Part shown: positions 23,625 through 29,953 of the stretch, piece by piece
Layout: the number at the start of each line of letters is the position of its first letter
How positions within the stretch are numbered: position 1 is the stretch's first letter
NCBI GenBank assembly: GCA_020632335.1
Contig: JACKFV010000001.1
Coordinates: 570,001-602,000, forward strand
DNA: 32,000 nt
Direction: 5' to 3'
Source of the DNA: Candidatus Saccharimonadota bacterium
Lineage (GTDB): Bacteria > Patescibacteriota > Gracilibacteria > UBA4473
The notes under the pieces: model-generated
The model's database searches: none
What the model was told of the DNA's origin: nothing
The model's input: the letters and a program-made list of their open reading frames with translations, nothing else
Position numbers and translations under genes: made by a program

Positions 23625-23684
23625 AATTTTTTTCGTAATACAATATTTCTTCCACCCTCTTTTTTATGAGTGTTTTGTCAATAG

Positions 23685-26105
23685 TTACTCTCGAGAAAAT
23701 CCTCCCGCAGACGTATTCAGCAGTTCACGACTGGGAGTCAGCCGGCCATTACGCAGCTCCACTGCGGGCGTGGTCTCCTCACTGGCTGACCGCAGAGGGA
23801 CGCTGCTGGGCACCGCTTCGGAGCTCTGCATCTCTCGCCCTAGGGCCTCCCGGGTGGGGATGCGCGCTGCGCTCGGCTCGGTGACGGTGGGCGTAGGGGG
23901 GGATTCTACCGGAGAGCTACTGCGGACACTCCTGGTGGTGGCGGTGCCCTGGTAGGCGCCGCGGTAGGACTGCCCCAGCAGATAGGGGTAGAAGCCGCCT
24001 TCGGTCTTCTCCTGGCCGTTATTCAGCGGCAGGGTGTAGGTCTTCTGCAAGTCCGCCCCCACGGCGTGGGAGATACCGTCTGTCATGGTCACGCCCTCTG
24101 GCATGCGGAACCCCGTATACGCATGCGGGTAGACGCTATAGAAGGTCCGCACTACCTCCTGCCAGATGTCCCCCAGGCTCAGCGCCGCAAAGGCCCCCTC
24201 CTTCAGCGCGCTGCCGTCGGTGTTGCCTCCCCAGAGCAAGAAGGTATGCGTGGGCGTCCAGCTGATGATGAGGTTATCCACCGGGCGTAGCTGGCCGTCG
24301 ATGCGCTTGGTGCTGGTGCCGGTCTTCACGGCCATGTTGTAGTCTGGCACGGTGACTTTCTCGCCCCATATCCCGGGGGAGCGCAGGCGCGTGTCGCTCA
24401 GCATATCGCTCATGAGGAAGGCCGTGACGGGGTCATAGTCGCGCACTTGGCTGCTCTGGCAGGGGTTTGCTATTGCTTCCCCGGTGAGGGTTTCGGCCTC
24501 CAGCAGCGGGCACAGCGGTCGCCACTGCGCGCTCCCCAGTGTGGCCATGGCACTGGCAAAATCCTGCAGCCGTAGTGGTACCGTCCCCAGGCTGATCGTC
24601 CAGCCGAACTGGTGCTCGGGGTAGCTGGTGTTGATATCCAGCCCGAAGTGCTCGTCGAGGTAGCTTCGCACCGCTGCCTCGCCTCCGGCCATATACACGG
24701 CCTTGGCGGCTGGTACATTCCGGCTCCAGCTCAGTGCCTGTCGCAGTGCCATATTGCCGCTGTAGGTCCCGTCAGAGTTCTGTACCGAGCGCTTATCTCC
24801 TCGGAAGATAACGGGCAAGTCCGGCACCAGCGTACTGGGGCTATAGCCCTGCTGCAGCGCCGCGGCGTATACCAGGGGTTTGATGGCTGACCCGGGCTGC
24901 CGACGCGATGTCAGCATATTCACCTGGCCGGCTATGTCCTCATTCCAGAAGGCCTTGGACCCAATGTACACAATGGGCGAGCGCGTGCTATTCTCGAGGA
25001 TGAGCAGGCTGACGTTCTCGATGCCCCAGTCGGTATAGAGCTGTGCGGTGTGCTGGGTCAGCAGGTTATAGAAGTAGCGCTGCAGCGGCGCCGAGACCGT
25101 AGTGCGTACGCGCAGACCCCCCGGGTACTGCTTACGGGTGATGCCCTGCTCCAGCAGCCAGCGCTTGACGTACTCCTGCCAGTGCTGGAAGAGATCCCGC
25201 GTGTAGGGCCTGCGTGGCGGCAGGGTGATGTCTCCTAGTGCTGCCCAGGTCTTGCTGGTGCGGCTGAGCGGCCAGCGGTAGTGCGCCGCGGTACGCAGCA
25301 GCACGGTCTCTATCCGGCTGAGGGTGTAGTCCGTATGCGTGAAGGGCGTGCAGCTGTACTGCAGCGCCTGGCTCTCGTCGGTGCAGCCACCCAGCCAGTC
25401 GGCCACCACGGGCGATCGCAGGGCTTCATTGGGGTTTTGCGGAATGGTACTGAGCACCAGCGCCTCAGCGTCACTCAGCTGCTTGGGGGAGCGCGAGAAG
25501 TAGGTCTCGGCGGCGGCCTTCACGCCATAGATCTGCCCGCCATAGGGCGCTACATTCAGGTACATCTCGAGGATATCGTGCTTGGAGTGGGTGGATTCTA
25601 TCCCCAGCGCGATCACCACTTCTCGCAGTTTCCGCTCCAGCGACCGCTCGTCGGTGAGGAACATCTTGCGCGCCAGCTGCTGGGTGATGGTACTGGCCCC
25701 CTCGCTGATGCCCCCGGAGAGGTAATTAGTCACCGCGGCCCGCGCTATACCAATGGGGTCAAACCCCGGATGAACATAGAACCGTTTGTCCTCGGCCTGT
25801 ACGGTGAACTGCAAGAGCGACTCGGGCAGCTGCTCCAGGTCTATCCACTCGCGGTTGGCGTCGGTCACCTGGCGGTAGATTTCTTCCCCGAAGGTATCGG
25901 TAATGATGACCGGGTACTGCATATCGGTGCGGTCTAGCAGCTGCCCCCGGACGAAATCCTCCATAAAGTACCACACAAAGCCCGCTACCGTCAGCACCCC
26001 CAGTAGCAGCATGATGAGCCCGAAAATCAGCAGCCCCCGCACAGCCCGCCACCCCCACCACAGGGGGCGTGTAGCACAGAGAGCATCGTGGTCGAGGACT
26101 TGCAT
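23685..26105 (-). CDS. Class A penicillin-binding protein (transglycosylase/transpeptidase, PBP1A-type)
   Basis: Glycosyltransferase motif EDKRFYVHPGFD. Transpeptidase motifs SAIKP (SxxK), SWSRN (SxN) and KTGTS. An N-terminal TM helix is present. I chose the start at MQVLDHD (26105); the track extension to 26273 crosses a terminator and abuts the capsid gene. Confidence 0.92.
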   Translation of the reverse strand: MQVLDHDALCATRPLWWGWRAVRGLLIFGLIMLLLGVLTVAGFVWYFMEDFVRGQLLDRTDMQYPVIITDTFGEEIYRQVTDANREWIDLEQLPESLLQFTVQAEDKRFYVHPGFDPIGIARAAVTNYLSGGISEGASTITQQLARKMFLTDERSLERKLREVVIALGIESTHSKHDILEMYLNVAPYGGQIYGVKAAAETYFSRSPKQLSDAEALVLSTIPQNPNEALRSPVVADWLGGCTDESQALQYSCTPFTHTDYTLSRIETVLLRTAAHYRWPLSRTSKTWAALGDITLPPRRPYTRDLFQHWQEYVKRWLLEQGITRKQYPGGLRVRTTVSAPLQRYFYNLLTQHTAQLYTDWGIENVSLLILENSTRSPIVYIGSKAFWNEDIAGQVNMLTSRRQPGSAIKPLVYAAALQQGYSPSTLVPDLPVIFRGDKRSVQNSDGTYSGNMALRQALSWSRNVPAAKAVYMAGGEAAVRSYLDEHFGLDINTSYPEHQFGWTISLGTVPLRLQDFASAMATLGSAQWRPLCPLLEAETLTGEAIANPCQSSQVRDYDPVTAFLMSDMLSDTRLRSPGIWGEKVTVPDYNMAVKTGTSTKRIDGQLRPVDNLIISWTPTHTFLLWGGNTDGSALKEGAFAALSLGDIWQEVVRTFYSVYPHAYTGFRMPEGVTMTDGISHAVGADLQKTYTLPLNNGQEKTEGGFYPYLLGQSYRGAYQGTATTRSVRSSSPVESPPTPTVTEPSAARIPTREALGREMQSSEAVPSSVPLRSASEETTPAVELRNGRLTPSRELLNTSAGGFSRE

Positions 26106-26114
26106 ACAGCCACT

Positions 26115-26142
26115 ACGGTAGAGAAATGTTGTCGAGAGGCAA
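26115..26142 (-). promoter_or_regulatory. PBP gene promoter (very short leader)
   Basis: TTGCCT-N16-TACCGT, then 9 nt, then ATG at 26105. Confidence 0.4.
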
Positions 26143-26216
26143 TACTTCGGGGCTTGCTTTGTTCTCTTTTTTCGTCTGGTGTGGGTATAGTGTATGCTGC
26201 GCTGACGAACTATAGT

Positions 26217-26241
26217 AAAAAACCCCACCGCGGTGGTGGGG
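26217..26241 (-). terminator. Intrinsic terminator immediately after the capsid-like gene
   Basis: On the minus strand, CCCCACC(accgc)GGUGGGG is followed by UUUUUU, about 30 nt after the stop at 26273. Confidence 0.75.
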
Positions 26242-26272
26242 TTTCTCTGGCGTGGGGGAAGGGCGCTCAGCA

Positions 26273-27322
26273 CTAGAGGGTGAAGACCTGCTGGCTCACG
26301 AAGGCCTGTGGCCGGGCAAACACCGGCGCGCCGTAGTAGGAGACGAAGTAGGCGTCTCGGCGGGGGTTATCGGCTGTGAGGATCTGGAAGTAGCGGCCGT
26401 AGGTCTCGCAGCTGCGGTCGTCTATATTGCGCGCGTCATAGCGGAGCACCGGGCTACAGCTGCCGTGCTGGCCCATCACTACCACCTGCCCGTCGGGGAT
26501 GAAGCGTACCGTACTCCCGCTCCCATCGGTATAGAAGCCGTCATACACGTGCAGCTCCATCCCCATGAGCGTCCCCATAGATTCGCCACGCAGGGTGTAG
26601 TCGCACAGGCAGTTGCCCAGGCTCTCGCGGACTTGGTCGGTCTGCAGGAGCGTACTGAAGGTCAGCTGATTCATGAGGATCTTGCTGGCCCGCATGCCGG
26701 TATCTCGCAGCGCTAGCTTCATTCGCTCTATGTCCTCTATGGGGTGGGCGGTGGCCACGGCGGTCCATTGGTCGCCCGCTACCAGGGGGCTGAGCACCTG
26801 CGTGCCGGTCTCCACCGTGTGGGTGCCGCCATTCTGGCTGGTGTAGGTGATGGTGCCGAAGACCCCCTCCCAGAAGGGTTTCTCGAGGAAGAGCAGCTGG
26901 CGGTCAGCCATAGCCTTCACGATGTGCTCGATGAGGTCTACCGCGCGTTCTTCCTCGGCGTGGCTGCAGCTGGGCGACTGCGCATTGCACACCACGCGTA
27001 GCTCATCAGCGTGCAGGGTGCGGGTTTCTTTGTACCCCACCAGGCCGAATTCCTGGCTCTCGGGGGTGACGCGCAGTTCTATCTCGTTACCCTGGGAGTT
27101 GTCGTCTACTATAGAGGGCACCCCGCTGCTCTGCTGGTACTGCAGGAGCGTGGCGTAGAGGTGGTCGGTTTTCTTGGGCGCGCCCATCAGCTGTATGCCC
27201 AGGTAGTCACTAGCGGAGGAATTGCTCAGCCCATCATAGAGCGCGCTGGCACAGTCGGGCTCCAGCAGCTGCGCCAGGCCACACTGGTGCACGATGCCGG
27301 AGAGAGTAGGGGAGGGAGTCAT
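26273..27322 (-). CDS. Phage major capsid protein, lambda gpE family-like (HK97 fold)
   Basis: 349 aa. By eye it runs parallel to lambda gpE along its C-terminal two thirds. GDQWTAVATAHPIEDIERMKLALRDTGMRASKILMNQLTF corresponds to TEWSKRD..YDPTDDIEAY. ELHVYDGFYTDGSGSTVRFIPDGQVVVMG corresponds to VAIVVYSGQYVENGVKKNFLPDNTMVLGN. YFQILTADNPRRDAYFVSYYGAPVFARPQAFVSQQV corresponds to YPKNWVTTGDPAREFTMIQSAPLMLLADPDEFVSVQL. Confidence 0.7.
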   Translation of the reverse strand: MTPSPTLSGIVHQCGLAQLLEPDCASALYDGLSNSSASDYLGIQLMGAPKKTDHLYATLLQYQQSSGVPSIVDDNSQGNEIELRVTPESQEFGLVGYKETRTLHADELRVVCNAQSPSCSHAEEERAVDLIEHIVKAMADRQLLFLEKPFWEGVFGTITYTSQNGGTHTVETGTQVLSPLVAGDQWTAVATAHPIEDIERMKLALRDTGMRASKILMNQLTFSTLLQTDQVRESLGNCLCDYTLRGESMGTLMGMELHVYDGFYTDGSGSTVRFIPDGQVVVMGQHGSCSPVLRYDARNIDDRSCETYGRYFQILTADNPRRDAYFVSYYGAPVFARPQAFVSQQVFTL

Positions 27323-27344
27323 AGCGAGGGGAAAAGTCGCCCCT

Positions 27345-27350
27345 AGTATA
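27345..27350 (-). promoter_or_regulatory. Proximal -10-like TATACT box in the capsid-gene leader
   Basis: TATACT, then 22 nt, then ATG at 27322. No -35 is recognisable. Confidence 0.3.
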
Positions 27351-27384
27351 CCCTGGCGTGCTCTGTCACGGGCAGACGAAAGAG

Positions 27385-27411
27385 AGGCGTTGTAACATAG
27401 TCACAACGCCT
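27385..27411 (-). promoter_or_regulatory. Perfect 9-bp hairpin in the capsid-gene 5' leader
   Basis: The stem aggcgttgt / acaacgcct has a 9-nt loop. No U-run follows on either strand, so it is not a terminator. Confidence 0.5.
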
Positions 27412-27513
27412 AGGTGAGAGAGCTTTACAGGGGTGTTGTATCTAGAAATAAATATCTCCGGATGCGCTCTAGGGTGAGTAAAGCGGCGAATGTATTACTC
27501 TCTACCTGTTTTT

Positions 27514-27542
27514 ATTATATACCCTACAATATTGACTGTCAA
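27514..27542 (-). promoter_or_regulatory. Perfect consensus sigma70-type promoter facing the capsid-like gene
   Basis: TTGACA-N17-TATAAT read on the minus strand (-35 at 27542..27537, -10 at 27519..27514). It lies about 190 nt upstream of ATG 27322 and directly after terminator 27552..27585. Confidence 0.65.
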
Positions 27543-27551
27543 GTAGTGGAT

Positions 27552-27585
27552 AAAAAAATCCGCACTGCGCATGCAATGCGGATTT
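27552..27585 (-). terminator. Intrinsic terminator (ends candidate sRNA and any hisS read-through)
   Basis: On the minus strand, AAAUCCGCA(uugcaugcgcag)UGCGGAUUU is followed by further U residues. Confidence 0.75.
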
Positions 27586-27768
27586 CCCAGACAGCTTCTA
27601 TCCGCCAAGTGCGCTGCTGGGGGGCTAGTGGTCAGATTTAAAATTAGCTGGGAGGAGATGGGAAAATATGGAGGAGAAGGACCACTACTAGCCGTTGTTC
27701 TTGTTTTAATACATTTTGACAAAAATCCCTAAAATTTCAATTTATGTTTCCCCAGAATACTCAAGAAC
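27552..27768 (-). ncRNA. Candidate ~215-nt structured sRNA between hisS and the capsid-gene promoter, with a CU-rich 46-nt loop
   Basis: Minus-strand TTGACA-N16-TACAGT at 27802..27775. The 5' stem is GUUCUUG/CAAGAAC (27768-27762 with 27703-27697). An 11-bp stem (27693-27680 with 27633-27623) encloses CUUCUCCUCCAUAUUUUCCCAUCUCCUCCCAGC.... A third stem pairs 27622-27614 with 27595-27586. The terminator is AAAUCCGCA/UGCGGAUUU followed by a U-run. No credible ORF is present. Confidence 0.5.
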
Positions 27769-27774
27769 ACGGAT

Positions 27775-27802
27775 ACTGTAATAGATAGAGCAACCGTGTC
27801 AA
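27775..27802 (-). promoter_or_regulatory. Promoter of candidate sRNA, 3 nt after the hisS stop
   Basis: TTGACA-N16-TACAGT. Confidence 0.6.
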
Positions 27803-27805
27803 GCC

Positions 27806-29113
27806 CTAAGCATGCCCGAGGAATTCCAGCGTAGTATCCAGTGGTTTGTCGACGGTCAGCAGGGAATCGAGGTGCTCCAATAGCCGCTCCCGAGGGATCT
27901 CCTCACTGCGGCCACGCTTCATCTCTCGTAGGAGTACGGTGCCGTTTTCTACCTCTGTATCGCCCAGCAGCAGCGTATACGGCACTCGGAATTTCTGCGC
28001 GCGCTGCAGCTGCTCTATCATGCTGGTGTTGCCCATAGCCCCCACCGCATGCAGGCCGTGCTCCCGCAGCTGCACCAGCAGTGGCAGGGCGTGGCGCTTG
28101 GCCTCATTACCCGTAGCGGCCACGAATATCTGAATATATCCCTTCTTGGGCACGGCTACTTTCTTCTCCAGCATGAGGTCAATCGTGCGCTCCATCCCGC
28201 ACTGGAAGCCCGCTCCCCCCAGACCCTGCCCCCCCAGCTGCTCGATGAGCCCGTCATACCGCCCCCCCACGAGGATCTTCTGCCGGGTGCCGGTCTTGCG
28301 GAATTCAAACACAGTGTGATTGTAGTACTCCACCGGGCGCACCAGCGTGGGGTCCAGCGTGTAGGGGATCTCGAACATCTCCAGGTAGCGCCGCATCTGC
28401 TCGTAGAGGTCGCGGCTCTTCTTACTGAGGAAATCCAGCATCTTGGGTGCCATCTGCAGGAGGATCTCCTCGTCCTCGCTCTTGGGGTCCAGCAGCTGCA
28501 GGTAGCGTCTTTGCTGCAGCATCTCACGGCTGCCGGGGGTCAGCGCGCGCTCCTTACCGGTGTAGAAGTTCTGCAGCGCCTCAAAGTACTTTACTCGGTC
28601 CTCGTGGCTCCCCAGGGTGTTGATCCGCAGTTCCACCAGATCTCGTACGCTGAGGTCCCGAAGGATACGGTGCCCCAGGTAGATCAGCTGCGCGTCTATG
28701 GCGGGGTCGGTCTCGCCCAGTACCTCGCCGCCAAACTGCCAGAACTCCCGTTTGGTGCCGCTCTTCAGCCGCTGGTAGCGCCACACGCGGTCGATGTAAT
28801 AGAGCTCTTGTGGCAGCGCCTGCTCGTCCATATGGTGCTCGATGAAGCTGCGCACAATGCCCGGCGTTATCTCTGGCCGCAGGCTGAGGCTGCGTCCGCG
28901 GGGGTCAGTGAAGGTGTAGAGCTCCGAGCTGATGATCTTGGTGTCCAGCCCCAGGGCCTGCTCGTAGAGCGCGGTTTCCTCAAAGGCCGGCACCGCTATC
29001 CGCTGGAACCCTGCCTGCCGGAAGCGGTAGCGCACGACCTTCGTGATGAAATTGAAGTAGTCGTGGTCCGCCGGGAGGATGTCGCTCGTGCCTTGAGGAG
29101 AAGTAAACGCCAT
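27806..29113 (-). CDS. hisS: Histidyl-tRNA synthetase
   Basis: Class II motifs including WRYQRLKSGTKREFWQFGGEVLG and GGRYDGL. I chose the start at MAFTSPQGTSDILP (29113); the track start at 29158 is a TTG lying upstream of the predicted -10. Confidence 0.93.
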   Translation of the reverse strand: MAFTSPQGTSDILPADHDYFNFITKVVRYRFRQAGFQRIAVPAFEETALYEQALGLDTKIISSELYTFTDPRGRSLSLRPEITPGIVRSFIEHHMDEQALPQELYYIDRVWRYQRLKSGTKREFWQFGGEVLGETDPAIDAQLIYLGHRILRDLSVRDLVELRINTLGSHEDRVKYFEALQNFYTGKERALTPGSREMLQQRRYLQLLDPKSEDEEILLQMAPKMLDFLSKKSRDLYEQMRRYLEMFEIPYTLDPTLVRPVEYYNHTVFEFRKTGTRQKILVGGRYDGLIEQLGGQGLGGAGFQCGMERTIDLMLEKKVAVPKKGYIQIFVAATGNEAKRHALPLLVQLREHGLHAVGAMGNTSMIEQLQRAQKFRVPYTLLLGDTEVENGTVLLREMKRGRSEEIPRERLLEHLDSLLTVDKPLDTTLEFLGHA

Positions 29114-29123
29114 GGATACCCCC

Positions 29124-29152
29124 AGTATAGAACCCCAGGGCAGCGCTGTAAA
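29124..29152 (-). promoter_or_regulatory. hisS promoter (very short leader)
   Basis: TTTACA-N17-TATACT, then 10 nt, then ATG at 29113. Confidence 0.5.
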
Positions 29153-29156
29153 CCAC

Positions 29157-29189
29157 AAAAAAAAGCCCTCGGCATAGAGCTAAGGGGCT
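29157..29189 (-). terminator. Terminator-like hairpin plus U8 after the secreted beta-rich protein gene
   Basis: On the minus strand, AGCCCC..(14-nt loop)..GGGCU is followed by UUUUUUUU. The stem is only 5-6 bp. Confidence 0.5.
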
Positions 29190-29216
29190 TTGTGAGGGTG
29201 CTTGGCGGGGTGGTTG

Positions 29217-29699
29217 TTAATTGTATTTTTTGAGGAAGGCCATAATCACGCCTCCTCCAACGTTATGGGCCTGGAATGGGTCTCGTAACCCCGTCCCATA
29301 ATACGCAAAGAGCCATGCATTGGGCGTCACCTGGAGTTCCAGGTTAAGGTCCAACGCGGGCGTCTGGAATTTGCTATCTGTTGAAAAGAACAAATACAGA
29401 TCCAGATCCTTCTTCTCTGTCAAGAAGTAGCCCTGACTGCAAATGAAGCGTCTGGCCGTGAGGTTATACCCCACGACGTTATAGCCCCAGTTGTACTCGA
29501 AGCTATGGGCTACTATCAGTGCCGCCACGGTGGCAAATGAGGAGTCCCTCGCCAGATCCACCGAGAAGTTCGGCACCACGAACATTCCAGCCGCCAGAGA
29601 AACTCTCGGTGCTGGCATAGTCTCAATAGTCTGGGCCTGCACAGACCCCAGAAAGAAACTCAGTAGCAGTAGGATGCTAGCCATCATTTTGTGTACCAT
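29217..29699 (-). CDS. Secreted beta-strand-rich hypothetical protein
   Basis: 160 aa. Signal peptide MMASILLLLSFFLGSVQAQT, then alternating hydrophobic pattern. Visibly lower GC than its neighbours. Has its own terminator downstream. Confidence 0.55.
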   Translation of the reverse strand: MVHKMMASILLLLSFFLGSVQAQTIETMPAPRVSLAAGMFVVPNFSVDLARDSSFATVAALIVAHSFEYNWGYNVVGYNLTARRFICSQGYFLTEKKDLDLYLFFSTDSKFQTPALDLNLELQVTPNAWLFAYYGTGLRDPFQAHNVGGGVIMAFLKKYN

Positions 29700-29898
29700 A
29701 AGGCATCAATTTTTGAAGTGAAAAAATGCCACGGTACTGACCCGCAGTACACAGGCATTTCTTCACACCATAAGGCCCTATGGCGCTCCACCAAGCTATG
29801 AAAGAACCGGTAGAGCCTCCACACAAGCGGTGAAAAGCTACGGTATTCTTTTTAGCACATACAAAATATGTTATCAATACATTACAAAACAATAACAG

Positions 29899-29924
29899 AA
29901 AAAAGCCAAGGCATTGCGTTGGCT
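29899..29924 (-). terminator. Intrinsic terminator after the lipoprotein gene
   Basis: On the minus strand, AGCCAA(cgcaaugcc)UUGGCU is followed by UUUUU. Confidence 0.6.
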
Positions 29925-29953
29925 TCTCTGGTGGAGGGTATCGTTGTGCAGCA

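Noticed and set aside
8642-27322. Interpretation of the phage-like genes as one ordinary integrated prophage or its simple remnant.
   Set aside because: The genes are separated by essential operons and lie on both strands. No integrase, terminase, repressor or att repeats are visible, and there is no compositional shift. The dispersed or domesticated interpretation is reported instead, as a hypothesis.
27634-27679. Plus-strand reading of the sRNA loop as a CsrB/RsmZ-like sponge (six GGA motifs in GGGAGGAGAUGGGAAAAUAUGGAGGAGAAGGA).
   Set aside because: The promoter (TTGACA-N16-TACAGT) and the U-run of the terminator are both oriented for the minus strand. I found no convincing plus-strand promoter or terminator. 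This cannot be fully excluded without transcript data.
27495-27722. 75-aa minus-strand ORF crossing the hisS-capsid spacer.
   Set aside because: It starts at a TTG, runs through a strong terminator hairpin and the consensus promoter, and has a low-complexity translation.
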